Assembly (NCBI GenBank): GCA_040904565.1
Contig: JBBDTI010000024.1
Coordinates: 9,588-47,688 of the forward strand
Length of the DNA stretch: 38,101 nt
From: Rhodothermales bacterium
Lineage (GTDB): Bacteria > Bacteroidota > Rhodothermia > Rhodothermales > VXPQ01
Direction of reading: 5' to 3'
Below, in pieces: positions 1-11,563 of this stretch (its first letter is position 1; every line of letters begins with the position of its first letter). Below the pieces are notes generated by a model that did not search any database, was not told the origin of the DNA, and was given only the letters and a program-made list of their open reading frames with translations. The translations under genes and the position numbers were made by a program.

Positions 1-126
1 TGCGCGACCTATGCACGGCCGTCCGTTCTAATGGCGCTGTCCGGGATTAGACCGAGCCGCGATGCCGGTCGACTCCATATGCGCAAGATACGGCTGCAAG
101 AGGACAAATCGAGACGGAAGAAGCGA

Positions 127-342
127 TCAGATTGCGCCCCCGGAGGCCGGACACCGTACGGTCCCGTACGAACAAAAGACACAACAGTCTCCCTCTTTCG
201 GACGGATGACGCTCCGACAGTGCGGGCAATCCCAGAAGAACTGGCAGGCGTCAATCGGCATGATGACGCGGCTCCGGTGCCGGCATTCGGGGCATCGAAC
301 CACCGAAACGAGTTGAAAAGACGACGTATGAGGATTCTCCAT
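127..342 (-). CDS. GDCCVxC domain-containing small Cys-rich (metal-binding) protein
   Basis: From ATG at 342: MENPH...RCPEC...MPIDACQFFWDCPHC...PKEGDCCVFCSYGTVRCP. This carries the signature GDCCVFCSYG motif plus CxxC pairs. All Cys are Cys codons. The track's upstream extension to 468 looks non-coding. Confidence 0.85.
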   Translation of the reverse strand: MENPHTSSFQLVSVVRCPECRHRSRVIMPIDACQFFWDCPHCRSVIRPKEGDCCVFCSYGTVRCPASGGAI

Positions 343-544
343 GGCGTTGTCTCGCTGGATGCCGCGTAACGTTCTTCCGTTCGATTCGCACGGGAATGTT
401 GTACCGGATCTTCTTACAAACGTCTCCGCAGCCACGAGCGTTTCCCGGCGCTCAGCGCTCGATCGCACGACGGATGCGGATCATCTCATGTTGTTCATAA
501 GTTTTTATTTATCTTGGAAATAACAGCATATAGACGTGTTCAAG

Positions 545-575
545 TTGACTATCCTGAAGAAGTGGTATACGTTTG
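545..575 (+). promoter_or_regulatory. Housekeeping promoter for DUF3109-rpoN
   Basis: TTGACT(545-550)-N17-TACGTT(568-573). The -10 region TACGTTTG also matches the Bacteroidota TAnnTTTG element. The upstream tract is AT-rich, and the motif ends 7 nt before ATG 583. Confidence 0.6.
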
Positions 576-582
576 AGGCATC

Positions 583-1182
583 ATGTTTGCTGTACATTAT
601 AAGGACACGCACGTACTGGTCTCGGACGATCTCGTTGATGCGTCGTTTTGCTGTAACCTCGGCGCCTGTCTCGGAGCCTGCTGCGTGGAGGGCGAATCCG
701 GTGCGCCGTTGCAGCCGGATGAGCGGAGGCGCCTGGAAGAGCTCCTTCCGGTCGTCCGGTCGGACCTGCGTGAAGAAGCGCTGCGCGTCATCGAATCGGA
801 GGGCGTCTGGGAAGAAGTTGGAAAGGGAGAATATGCCACAACCTGCGTCGACGGTTCCGAGTGTGTCTTCGTTACGTACGATGGCCCGGTGGCGCGGTGC
901 GCGATTCAAAAGGCCCACGAGGAAGGCCGGATCGACTTTCCCAAGCCGATCTCATGCCATCTCTTTCCGGTGAGAATCGTGCGTATCGCGGACATCGACG
1001 CATTGAATTATCAGAGCGTGCCCATGTGCTCTCCCGCCCTCCGAAAGGGGCGAAAGGAAGGCATGGCGCTCTATTCGTTTCTTCGAGAACCGCTGGTACG
1101 GAAATACGGAAAGGACTGGTACGAGGCCTTCGAGAAGGCCTGCGAGGAGCGGTCGCGGTTGATCGAACCGTGCCGCCCGTGA
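583..1182 (+). CDS. DUF3109 family Cys-rich protein
   Basis: F-C-C-x-L-x-A-C-x-G-A-C-C-V-E-G-x-x-G-A-P-L, ECVF, CAI, KPISCHLFPVR and EPLVRKYG motifs, typical of DUF3109. Confidence 0.85.
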   Translation: MFAVHYKDTHVLVSDDLVDASFCCNLGACLGACCVEGESGAPLQPDERRRLEELLPVVRSDLREEALRVIESEGVWEEVGKGEYATTCVDGSECVFVTYDGPVARCAIQKAHEEGRIDFPKPISCHLFPVRIVRIADIDALNYQSVPMCSPALRKGRKEGMALYSFLREPLVRKYGKDWYEAFEKACEERSRLIEPCRP

Positions 1183-1212
1183 TTCGCGTGATTGAGGACT
1201 TATAGGTGCATC

Positions 1213-2721
1213 ATGCTCAACCTTCAGCAGAAACAGCAGCTCCAGCAAAAGCTATCGCCGCAGCAGATACAGTATATCAAGCTGCTGCAGCTGCCGACCC
1301 TTGCCCTGGAGCAACGCATCAAGGCGGAAATGGAGATCAACCCGCTGCTGGAGGAGGGACTCGAAGAAGAAGACGAGACGGTGGACGATCAGGAGGAGAT
1401 CGTCGACGACCGAACGGATGCCGACGAGCTGCGCGAGGACGAACGGGAACAGGAAGGAGATCAGGAAGAGGAGTTCGATTGGGACGAGCTCATCAATAAT
1501 ACCGACGATCTGTACGGCTACAAGGCGCGGGTCGACTACAGTGATGAGGACGACCGCGAGTCGCCTATGCCGGCCAGGGAAAGCATGGTCGAGCACCTGA
1601 GAGACCAACTTTCATTTCTCGACCTGTCCGACGATGAAGAGATGATCGCCGAGCAGATCATCGGCTCGATCGACGAAGATGGCTATCTGAGGCGACCGCT
1701 CGAGTCGATCGTCGACGACATCATGTTCAATCAGGGCATTACGCTCGACGAATCGGATGTAGAGGCCGTTCTGGGCCGCATTCAACAGCTCGATCCCGTT
1801 GGCATTGGCTCGCGCGACCTCCGGGAGTGTCTTCTCGTACAGCTCTACAGCCTGCCCGAGGACGCGACGGGTCGAGACGTCGCGATCGACATGCTGGAAG
1901 ACTGCTACAAGGACTTTACGATGAAGCATTTCAGCTCGATCAAAAAGAAGCTGGAATGCCCGGACGAAGAGCTCAAAGAGGCCTACGACCTGATTCAACA
2001 CCGCCTCAATCCGAAGCCGGGAGAGGGTGATTTTACCGCGCAGCAGAATTATATCACGCCGGACTTCACGGTGCAGTACGTCGACGATGAGTTCATCATT
2101 ACGCTCAACGGCCGAAATGCGCCCGAGCTTCGCATCTCGAAGCAATACAGGCACATGCTTCACAAGATCGCGGCGCAAAAGAAAAAGAAAAATACGGTTA
2201 AGAAGGAGGTCGACGACGACACGAAGAAGTTCCTGAAGAACAAGTTCGAATCGGCTCGCTGGTTCATCAATTCGATCAACCAGCGCCGTCACACGATGAC
2301 CAAGGTGATGCACGCGATCGTGGACCTGCAGGAGGATTTCTTCAAGTACGGTGAGGGCCATCTCAAACCGATGATTCTCAAGGACATCGCCGAGATCATC
2401 GACATGGATATATCGACGGTCAGCCGCGTCGTCAACGGCAAATACGTACAGACCGAGTTCGGTGTCTACGAGCTGAAATACTTCTTCTCCGAAGGGCTCG
2501 AGACGGATAGTGGGGAAGAGATCTCAAACAAAGAGGTAAAGGCCATCATCGAGGGGATCGTGGAGGAGGAAGACAAGACGAAGCCCCTGTCGGATCAGAA
2601 GATCGCGGATCGGCTCGAAGAACGAGGGTTCAAGATCGCTCGTCGGACCGTAACGAAATACCGCGAACAGCTCGGCGTTCCCGTCGCCCGCCTCCGCAAA
2701 GAGATCGTTTTGGAAGAGTAG
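1213..2721 (+). CDS. rpoN: RNA polymerase sigma-54 factor
   Basis: Gln/Leu-rich region I (MLNLQQKQQLQQKLSPQQIQYIKLLQLP), acidic region II, HTH (DISTVSRVV), ELKYFFS and RpoN box ARRTVTKYRE. ATG at 1213. Confidence 0.98.
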   Translation: MLNLQQKQQLQQKLSPQQIQYIKLLQLPTLALEQRIKAEMEINPLLEEGLEEEDETVDDQEEIVDDRTDADELREDEREQEGDQEEEFDWDELINNTDDLYGYKARVDYSDEDDRESPMPARESMVEHLRDQLSFLDLSDDEEMIAEQIIGSIDEDGYLRRPLESIVDDIMFNQGITLDESDVEAVLGRIQQLDPVGIGSRDLRECLLVQLYSLPEDATGRDVAIDMLEDCYKDFTMKHFSSIKKKLECPDEELKEAYDLIQHRLNPKPGEGDFTAQQNYITPDFTVQYVDDEFIITLNGRNAPELRISKQYRHMLHKIAAQKKKKNTVKKEVDDDTKKFLKNKFESARWFINSINQRRHTMTKVMHAIVDLQEDFFKYGEGHLKPMILKDIAEIIDMDISTVSRVVNGKYVQTEFGVYELKYFFSEGLETDSGEEISNKEVKAIIEGIVEEEDKTKPLSDQKIADRLEERGFKIARRTVTKYREQLGVPVARLRKEIVLEE

Positions 2722-2754
2722 ATTATCGTGCCACCTTTCCTGTTTGATCGGTTT

Positions 2755-2770
2755 TGGCACGCATATTGTT
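2755..2770 (+). promoter_or_regulatory. Putative sigma54 (-24/-12) promoter
   Basis: TGGCACG-CATA-TTGTT versus consensus TGGCACG-N4-TTGCW. The -24 is perfect and the -12 has one mismatch. It lies about 55 nt upstream of ATG 2826. Confidence 0.6.
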
Positions 2771-2825
2771 TAGATGTTGGGTGTAGCTGGATATTTCGTC
2801 GATCACCCGAGACCGGAGGCATCTT

Positions 2826-3095
2826 ATGCGTACAAATACTTTCGCCCGTGACGTTTCTGCAGCCGAGGCAACGGCTCTCTCCCTGCTTTTTGCCCGATTT
2901 CTTTCCGGTCAGATCCCCGACGTATCGTGGACGCAGATGATGTCGATTCTGGACGAGGACGTAACGAGCATCGAGGAGCGAGCGGCTCTGGTAAATTTCC
3001 TGAGCGACGCCTGCCACGACCTGGGTCCGGATGCCGTCGAGGTACCGCCGGTGAGCGACGTCGAGGATCTCGTTACCATGATGCGCGCTGCTTAA
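2826..3095 (+). CDS. Hypothetical small acidic helical protein (89 aa)
   Basis: ATG preceded by GGAGG (2815-2819). Natural-looking composition, fills the gap between rpoN and the next gene. No family recognised. Confidence 0.75.
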   Translation: MRTNTFARDVSAAEATALSLLFARFLSGQIPDVSWTQMMSILDEDVTSIEERAALVNFLSDACHDLGPDAVEVPPVSDVEDLVTMMRAA

Positions 3096-3219
3096 TCCGG
3101 TTCGGGCGGTCTATCTAGGTGGCGTTCGGCCGGTCCGACCGCGTAGTTTATGCAGGTCGTAGCGCGTGGCGTTGGAGGTCCCGGCATGTCTTGCAGGCAG
3201 GTGGATGGGTAAAGCATCG

Positions 3220-4119
3220 ATGGACGCCGTGACGCCCCGGGAGGTCATCCTCTGTGAAGTTGGTCCGCGAGACGGCTTTCAGTACGAAGAGGCCGTGATC
3301 CCGACGGATCTGAAGGTGGAGGTCGTTCGTGGACTGGCTGCGGCTGGACTGCCCCGGATTCAGGTGGCCTCTTTCGTTCATCCGCGGAAGGTGCCCCAGA
3401 TGGCAGACGCGGAAGAGGTCGTCGCGCGGCTGGCCGACGTCGAGGGCGTCACGTTGTCCGGGTTGGCCCTGAATCGAAAGGGCGTCGAGCGCGCACGGGC
3501 GTCGGGGCTCCGCGCGGTGGATATCTCCATCGCGACATGGGACGACCACAGTCTCGAAAACGCCGGCATGACGGTCGACGAAGCCGTAGAGCAGGCGGCA
3601 GAGATGGTGGCGACCGCGAGAGAGGCCGGCATGGAGGTCCAGGTAGGTCTGCAGACCGTCTTCGGCTTCCGCAAGCCGGGTGACACGCCTGTCGAGCGCG
3701 TCGTCGGCTTGGTAAAACGATTCGTACGCCTCGGGGTGGATTCGATTTCGCTGGCCGACACGACGGGGATGGCCGGTCCGGTCTCGATCGCTTCCCGGGT
3801 AGAAGCCGTTCGGCGCGTGGCCGGGGACGTTCCGATCGTCCTTCACCTTCACGATACGCGCGGCCTCGGAATGGCGAACGTCTACGAGGGTATCCGCTGC
3901 GGCGTCGACCGGTTCGACACGGCGTTCGGAGGCATGGGAGGCTGCCCGTTCATCCGCGGAGCCGCCGGCAACGTGCCGACGGAGGATACGGTTCACCTCC
4001 TTGCATCTCTGGGCATTTCGACGGGTGTCGACATTGCCGGCGTGGCTAACGTGACGCACCGGGTGGCCGACCACCTGCAAAAAGACCTTCCTGGGCGCAT
4101 GTACCGACTCTTCGACTGA
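3220..4119 (+). CDS. Hydroxymethylglutaryl-CoA lyase (DRE-TIM metallolyase)
   Basis: EVGPRDGFQ, SFVHPRKVPQMAD, LADTTG, HLHDTRG and GGMGGCPF...GNVPTED motifs. Start is 3220, or 3205 as an alternative. Confidence 0.92.
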   Translation: MDAVTPREVILCEVGPRDGFQYEEAVIPTDLKVEVVRGLAAAGLPRIQVASFVHPRKVPQMADAEEVVARLADVEGVTLSGLALNRKGVERARASGLRAVDISIATWDDHSLENAGMTVDEAVEQAAEMVATAREAGMEVQVGLQTVFGFRKPGDTPVERVVGLVKRFVRLGVDSISLADTTGMAGPVSIASRVEAVRRVAGDVPIVLHLHDTRGLGMANVYEGIRCGVDRFDTAFGGMGGCPFIRGAAGNVPTEDTVHLLASLGISTGVDIAGVANVTHRVADHLQKDLPGRMYRLFD

Positions 4120-4140
4120 CTTTTCGAACCTCCCGGCTGC

Positions 4141-4169
4141 TTGAATTCCGTCCGCGCTGCGCGTAAGCT
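4141..4169 (+). promoter_or_regulatory. sigma70-type promoter for glgA
   Basis: TTGAAT-N17-TAAGCT, ending 35 nt upstream of ATG 4205. Confidence 0.45.
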
Positions 4170-4204
4170 TATTACGAATCGACCATCAAGCAGAAGGGGC
4201 CAGC

Positions 4205-5431
4205 ATGCGCATCGCCATCCTCACGAACGAATACCCGCCCAACGTGTACGGCGGGGCCGGCGTACACGTCGAGTATCTCGTCAAAGAGCTTACAGCGCTC
4301 GACGGGGGATCGCACGAGGTCGAGGTCGTGTGCTTCGGCGACCAGAAGGAGGACCGCGGCAATCTGAGGGTGACGGGCGTGCAGCCGGATGCGGATCTGC
4401 CGGCGACGGACGAGCGCCACAAGAAATTTCTGGAGACGATGGTGCGGGACGTGCGGATGGCCGGACTTGTAGAGGGCGCCGACATCGTACACTGCCATAC
4501 CTGGTATTCGCACTTTGCGGGGTGCCTCGTCCGACAGCTCGACGACGCGAAGCTCGTACTGACGACCCATTCTCTGGAGCCGCATCGACCCTGGAAGGTC
4601 GAACAGCTCGGTACGGCCTATCATGCCAGCTCGTGGATAGAGAAGACGGCGTATCAGAACGCGGACGGCGTCGTCGCCGTGTCGGAATCCATGAAGCGCG
4701 ACGTGATGGAACTCTACGGGGTGGCCGACGAGCGCGTACGGGTCATCCCGAACGGTATCGATCCCGATGAATATCGGCCCGTCGAACGCCCGGATGTGCT
4801 GGAGAAGCACGGTATCGATCCGTCCAGGCCGTTCGTTCTCTTCGTCGGACGTATCACACGGCAGAAAGGGATCGTCCATCTCGTCAATGCTATACGGCAG
4901 TTCGACGAGGGGATGCAGGTAGTGCTCTGCGCGGGGGCTCCGGATACGGAGGAGATCGAACAGGAGATGGAGCGGGCCGTATGGAAGGCTCGCGAAGCGG
5001 GGAATCACGACATCCACTGGATCGCGGACATGCTTCCCCGCGATGAGATCATCGCCATATACGCTGCTGCCGCCGTCTTCGTGTGCCCGTCCGTCTACGA
5101 GCCGTTCGGCATCATCAATCTGGAAGCCATGGCATGCGAGACGGCCGTGGTGGCCTCCGCCGTGGGCGGGATACCGAGCATTGTCGTTGAGGAGGAGACG
5201 GGGCTGCTGGTTCCGTTCGAAGCGAAGGGCCCGGTCGATTTCGAGCCGCGCGTCCCGGAGGCATTCTCTAGCGACCTGGCGCAGGCCGTAAACCGACTCA
5301 TGGGCGACGCGGCGCTGCGATCACGCATGGGCAAGGCCGGGCGCCAACGCGTGCTGGAGCGATACAGCTGGCGCGCGATAGCCGAGCACACCGTCGGATT
5401 CTACGGCGAATTGCTGGATTCGGACCGTTGA
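4205..5431 (+). CDS. glgA: GT4 glycogen synthase of the actinobacterial GlgA/GlgM type (possible alpha-maltose-1-phosphate synthase)
   Basis: LTNEYPPNVYGGAGVHVEYL, HCHTWY, HSLEPHRPWKVEQLG, FVGRITRQKG and PSVYEPFGIINLEAMAC motifs. Confidence 0.9.
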   Translation: MRIAILTNEYPPNVYGGAGVHVEYLVKELTALDGGSHEVEVVCFGDQKEDRGNLRVTGVQPDADLPATDERHKKFLETMVRDVRMAGLVEGADIVHCHTWYSHFAGCLVRQLDDAKLVLTTHSLEPHRPWKVEQLGTAYHASSWIEKTAYQNADGVVAVSESMKRDVMELYGVADERVRVIPNGIDPDEYRPVERPDVLEKHGIDPSRPFVLFVGRITRQKGIVHLVNAIRQFDEGMQVVLCAGAPDTEEIEQEMERAVWKAREAGNHDIHWIADMLPRDEIIAIYAAAAVFVCPSVYEPFGIINLEAMACETAVVASAVGGIPSIVVEEETGLLVPFEAKGPVDFEPRVPEAFSSDLAQAVNRLMGDAALRSRMGKAGRQRVLERYSWRAIAEHTVGFYGELLDSDR

Positions 5432-5483
5432 GACGGCTCACGTCGTTTCGCCGGATCGGATGAGCGACGTCGCCCTCACAAAC

Positions 5484-5519
5484 AAAAAAGGCGGAGCCGA
5501 TTGGATCGGCTCCGCCTTT
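5484..5519 (-). terminator. Intrinsic terminator of groESL (possibly bidirectional with glgA)
   Basis: 15-bp perfect stem AAAGGCGGAGCCGAT-tgg-ATCGGCTCCGCCTTT. The A-run on its left is a U-tail on the minus strand. It lies between convergent genes. Confidence 0.9.
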
Positions 5520-5547
5520 ACTGCACGAGATTGAAACGAATGGCCGC

Positions 5548-7191
<1,644 letters not shown>

Positions 7192-7252
7192 TTAAGAAGC
7201 TGTGGGTTTCATCGATACTAACGGAAGGCAGGTCGAGCCCGCCTGCCGCCAA

Positions 7253-7543
7253 TCAGTCGATGACGCCGAGAATGTCGTTCTCACGCATAATGAGAACCTC
7301 CTCGCCATCGAGCGTGATCTCGGTACCGGAATATTTGCCGTACAGTACACTGTCGCCGGCCTTGACGGTCATATCGACCCGCTTGCCGTTCTCGACACTG
7401 CCCGGCCCTACGAAGAGCACCTTGCCGCGCTGCGGCTTCTCCTTGGCGGTGTCGGGAATGAACAGACCGCTGGAGGTCTTCTCCTCGGCGGCCTCCGGTT
7501 TGACGACCACGCGGTCCCCAATCGGTTTAATGCTTGTCATCAT
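7253..7543 (-). CDS. groS: Co-chaperonin GroES
   Basis: [25 protein letters not shown] and KYSGTE motifs; upstream of groEL. GGAG precedes ATG 7543/7540. Confidence 0.98.
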   Translation of the reverse strand: MMTSIKPIGDRVVVKPEAAEEKTSSGLFIPDTAKEKPQRGKVLFVGPGSVENGKRVDMTVKAGDSVLYGKYSGTEITLDGEEVLIMRENDILGVID

Positions 7544-7710
7544 GTCGACTCCTTCCGGCATCGCGCCGGACGATTTGTTATGGATTCGGATATAAAACAG
7601 TAAGGGTGAACGTAGCAGTGCTGCCTGCAGGAAGAGAGAGGTCCTTCCTGTCGTCGTACGGCGTACACGGAGAAGTCCGCGGCCACGTCACGACGGCTAG
7701 AGATCCCATC

Positions 7711-7726
7711 ATCAAAGGCCGTACCA
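7711..7726 (-). promoter_or_regulatory. Putative sigma54-type promoter of groESL
   Basis: Minus strand reads TGGTACG-GCCT-TTGAT, with correct -24/-12 spacing and two mismatches to TGGCACG-N4-TTGCW. About 170 nt upstream of groES. Confidence 0.5.
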
Positions 7727-7886
7727 AACGCCAACTATGACGACTTGGCCGATCGGAATGAACCATCTTGGCAGACCGACCGGCCGGAAGCTGACGAAAG
7801 GACCGATGGAGCGCCTACGTCCACCGTGGTGGAGCGTCTCACGGCGCTAGCGAAAGTGAAGAAAAGGTTGACGGGGTAAAGTGCCG

Positions 7887-10757
7887 CTACTCCGCGTATT
7901 CTTCGATGGGCGGGCACGCACAGACGAGGTTTCGGTCGCCGTAGACGTCGTCGACCCGTCGCACGGAGGGCCAGAACTTGCGGGATCGGGTCCACGCCGC
8001 CGGAAATGCCGCTCGCTCGCGAGTATAGGGCTGATCCCAGGCGTCTGAGGCGACCATCTCGGCCGTATGCGGGGCCTCCTTCAGGAGATTCCGTTCGGCG
8101 TCGGCGCGACCGCTCTCCACCTCGCGAATTTCTTCCCGAATGTGCTCGAGTGCTTCGCAGAAACGGTCGAGCTCGCTCAGTGCTTCGCTCTCCGTGGGCT
8201 CGATCATCATCGTGCCTACGACGGGAAAGGAGACGGTTGGGGCGTGGTAGCCGTAATCCATCAGTCGTTTGGCCACGTCCAGCTCCGAGATGCCCGTATC
8301 GCGCTTGAAGGGGCGCAGGTCGAGCAGGAACTCGTGGGCGCACCGCCCTTCGGCTCCCTTGTAAAGGACCGGATAGCTCTGCTCGAGGCGTGCCATCATA
8401 TAGTTGGCATTCAGGATCGCAAGCTCCGTCGCTCTTCGGAGTCCGTCGCCGCCCATAAGCGCGATATACGCCCAGGAGATCACGAGGATGTTGGCACTCC
8501 CGAAAGGGGCGGCGGAGACGGGACCTACCCCTGTATGCTCGTCGGGTGGGGCGAGTGGACTCGACGGTAAGAATGGCACCAGGTGTTCGGCGACGCAGAT
8601 CGGCCCCATGCCGGGACCGCCGCCGCCGTGCGGGATGCAGAAGGTTTTGTGGAGGTTCAGGTGGCAGACGTCCGCGCCGTAGTCTCCCGGCCGGCAGAGC
8701 CCTACCTGCGCGTTCATGTTGGCACCGTCGAGATATACCTGTCCACCATGCTCGTGGACGACGCGGATGATCTCGCGCACGTCCTTTTCAAAGACGCCGT
8801 GTGTAGACGGATACGTAATCATCAGCGCGGCGAGCCGGTCGGCGTGCTTCCGAGCCTTGGCACGCAGGTCCTCCACATCCACATTCCCATGATCGTCCGT
8901 CGCAACGACGACGACCCGCATGCCGACCATCGTCGCGCTGGCGGGATTGGTGCCGTGGGCGGACTCGGGGATGAGACAGACGTCGCGCCCGCCATCGCCG
9001 CGACTCGCATGATAGGCCATGATGGCCAGGAGGCCGGCATATTCGCCGGATGCTCCCGAATTGGGCTGGAATGAGGTCCGCGCGAAGCCCGTGATCTCCC
9101 CGAGCCAGTCCTCAAGTTCCTGAATCAGTTCGTGGTAGCCGCGAGCCTGCCCGTCCGGCACGCAAGGATGCAGTCCACTGAATCCCGGCAGCGTGATCGG
9201 AAGGAGTTCGGCCGCTGCGTTCAGCTTCATCGTGCATGAGCCGAGCGGAATCATGCTGGACGTGAGCGAAAGATCCTTACCCGCCAGACCCTGAAGATAC
9301 CGCATCATTTCCGTTTCGGAGTGATACCGGTGAAAGACGGGATGCTCGAGGAAGGTGGACGTACGGGCCATGACGCCTTCGTAGCCCGAGTCGAGATCGG
9401 CGGACAGGGACTCGGCGGAGACGCCGTTGCTGCTTCGGCCGAACACCTTGAAGAGCGTATTGACGTCGTCTGACGAGACGGTTTCGTCCAGCGCGACGCC
9501 GATGGAGCCGTCGTCGTACGCGCGAAGATTGATGCGATGTTCGTCGGCGAGGCGAAGGATGTCGCTTGTCGGCAGCCTGCCGGGTTCGACGCGAAGCGTA
9601 TCGAAATAATCCTCGTGGCGGATGTCGTAGCCAAGCTGCTCGAGCCCGCGCGCCAGCAATCGGGTCACGTCGTGAAGGCGACGGGCAATGGCTCGGAGTC
9701 CACCCGGACCGTGGTATACCGCATACATGCCGGCCATGATGGCCAGCAGGACCTGCGCCGTACAGATGTTTGAGGTCGCTTTTGCACGGCGGATGTGCTG
9801 CTCGCGCGTCTGGAGTGCCATGCGGAGCGCCCGGTCCCCGTTGGCGTCTACCGTTACGCCGATGATTCGACCGGGGATCTGCCGCTTGAAGTCCTCGCGC
9901 GTCGCAAAATAGGCGGCGTGCGGCCCCCCATAACCCAGCGGCACGCCGAATCGCTGCGTGTTGCCGACGGCGACGTCGGCACCGAACTCTCCGGGCGGAG
10001 TGAGCAGCGCCAGGCTGAGCAGGTCCGCTGACACTACGACGTAAGCATCGGACGCGTTCGCCTTCTCGCAGAACGACGTGTAGTCATACACCGCCCCGTC
10101 CGTGGCGGGGTACTGCACCAGCGCGCCGAAGACGTTCTCGTCAAATTCGAACGAGCGATGATCCCCTACGACGATCTTTACGCCGATGGGCCGAGCCCGC
10201 GTCTTCACGACCGCGATAGTTTGCGGATGGCAGTCCTCGGAAACAAAGAAAACGTGGGCGTCCTGCCGCTTCGCCACCCGGTTGAGCATCATCATGGCCT
10301 CGGCAGCGGCCGTCGCCTCATCCAGCAGCGAAGCGTTGGCGATCTCGAGACCGGTCAGGTCGATGACCATCGTCTGGAAATTAAGAAGGGCTTCCAGGCG
10401 GCCCTGAGAAATCTCGGCCTGATAGGGCGTGTACTGCGTGTACCAGTTTGGATTTTCGAGCACGTTACGCCGGATAACGGCCGGCGTAACCGTATCGTGG
10501 TAGCCCATCCCGATGAAGGAGCGGTAGATCTCGTTGCGTGATGCAAGTGTTTCGGCTCGGGTGAGAAGGTCCCGCTCGGATATCGCGTCGGGGAGATCGA
10601 GCGAGCGGCCGAGCCGAATGCCTTCGGGAATGGTCTGGTCGACGAGCTCCTCGAGCGACGAGCAGCCGAGGCGCTCGAGCATGCGTTCGACCTCATCACA
10701 GGTAGGTCCGTTATGCCGTCGTTCGAATCGGTCGGTGTCGGAGAGGTCGATGGACAT
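7887..10757 (-). CDS. gcvP: Glycine dehydrogenase (decarboxylating), glycine cleavage P protein, single-chain
   Basis: 956 aa. [45 protein letters not shown] and the PLP motif [18 protein letters not shown]. Confidence 0.98.
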   Translation of the reverse strand: MSIDLSDTDRFERRHNGPTCDEVERMLERLGCSSLEELVDQTIPEGIRLGRSLDLPDAISERDLLTRAETLASRNEIYRSFIGMGYHDTVTPAVIRRNVLENPNWYTQYTPYQAEISQGRLEALLNFQTMVIDLTGLEIANASLLDEATAAAEAMMMLNRVAKRQDAHVFFVSEDCHPQTIAVVKTRARPIGVKIVVGDHRSFEFDENVFGALVQYPATDGAVYDYTSFCEKANASDAYVVVSADLLSLALLTPPGEFGADVAVGNTQRFGVPLGYGGPHAAYFATREDFKRQIPGRIIGVTVDANGDRALRMALQTREQHIRRAKATSNICTAQVLLAIMAGMYAVYHGPGGLRAIARRLHDVTRLLARGLEQLGYDIRHEDYFDTLRVEPGRLPTSDILRLADEHRINLRAYDDGSIGVALDETVSSDDVNTLFKVFGRSSNGVSAESLSADLDSGYEGVMARTSTFLEHPVFHRYHSETEMMRYLQGLAGKDLSLTSSMIPLGSCTMKLNAAAELLPITLPGFSGLHPCVPDGQARGYHELIQELEDWLGEITGFARTSFQPNSGASGEYAGLLAIMAYHASRGDGGRDVCLIPESAHGTNPASATMVGMRVVVVATDDHGNVDVEDLRAKARKHADRLAALMITYPSTHGVFEKDVREIIRVVHEHGGQVYLDGANMNAQVGLCRPGDYGADVCHLNLHKTFCIPHGGGGPGMGPICVAEHLVPFLPSSPLAPPDEHTGVGPVSAAPFGSANILVISWAYIALMGGDGLRRATELAILNANYMMARLEQSYPVLYKGAEGRCAHEFLLDLRPFKRDTGISELDVAKRLMDYGYHAPTVSFPVVGTMMIEPTESEALSELDRFCEALEHIREEIREVESGRADAERNLLKEAPHTAEMVASDAWDQPYTRERAAFPAAWTRSRKFWPSVRRVDDVYGDRNLVCACPPIEEYAE

Positions 10758-10768
10758 GCAGGTAGGGA

Positions 10769-11563
10769 CTACTCGTGAGGTTCTTCATGCCGGAGGCGGT
10801 CAAGCGCCTGACTGGCCGCTTCCTGCTCCGCCTTTTTCTTACTCCGTGCCCGCCCACGTCCGTATGCGTCGTCGTTCAGAATGACCTCGACGGTAAACGT
10901 TTTTTCGTGGCTGGGGCCGTCTTCGTCGGCCACCTGGTACCGCGGTTGCTCCCAACCCAGCGCCTGAACGTATTCCAGCAGGAGGCTCTTATAATTGTCG
11001 CGCTGGTGCGCGAGATCCTCCAGGTCGATCTCTTTAAGAATTTTTTCTTCAACGAAGCGGCGGGTCGCCGCCTCTCCCAGATCGAGGAAGACGGCGCCGA
11101 TGACGGCCTCCAGCGCGTCGGCGAGGATCGTCGGGTTACGGCGTCCGTTCGACTGCGCCATATTGTCGCTCAGCAGTATGAGCGATCCGAGATCGAGCGT
11201 TGTGGCGAAATGAGACAGGGCCTGCCCGTTCACGATCTTGGAACGCATCCGGGTAAGGAATCCTTCATCTCGTTGGGGGAAGTGATGGAAGAGGTGTTCG
11301 GCCGCAATATAGCCGAGAACGGCGTCCCCAAGGAATTCGAGCCGCTCGTTGGACAGCAGATGGCTGTCGGGCTCGCCGCGAAGTATGGAGCGATGGCGCA
11401 GCGCCTGTTCGTAGAAGGCCATATCTCCGACGGGCATGCCGATGAGTGCCTCGATACGTTTCCGCGATACGTTGCGCGGATGCGGTTCGTCGTGCCGGGA
11501 GCCGAGCCACCGGTTGGAGAGCCGGCTGACGGCGAGGCGAATGGTGTCTAAAATCAGGGTCAC
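10769..11563 (-). CDS. rnc: Ribonuclease III
   Basis: [12 protein letters not shown] signature, [14 protein letters not shown], and a C-terminal dsRBD (NYKSLLLE...GPSHEKTF...[10 protein letters not shown]). Start uncertain; GTG 11563 chosen over the track's 11689. Confidence 0.95.
   Translation of the reverse strand: MTLILDTIRLAVSRLSNRWLGSRHDEPHPRNVSRKRIEALIGMPVGDMAFYEQALRHRSILRGEPDSHLLSNERLEFLGDAVLGYIAAEHLFHHFPQRDEGFLTRMRSKIVNGQALSHFATTLDLGSLILLSDNMAQSNGRRNPTILADALEAVIGAVFLDLGEAATRRFVEEKILKEIDLEDLAHQRDNYKSLLLEYVQALGWEQPRYQVADEDGPSHEKTFTVEVILNDDAYGRGRARSKKKAEQEAASQALDRLRHEEPHE

Noticed and set aside
28-129. Selenocysteine readthrough of the GDCCVxC gene's TGA
   Set aside because: The family includes selenoproteins, but this TGA falls after the conserved domain. 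I see no SECIS-like hairpin after it, and the extension (SLLPSRFVLLQPYL...) looks non-conserved.
7544-7886. CIRCE element before groES
   Set aside because: No TTAGCACTC-N9-GAGTGCTAA-like inverted repeat is present. TAGCAGTG near 7613 has no partner arm.
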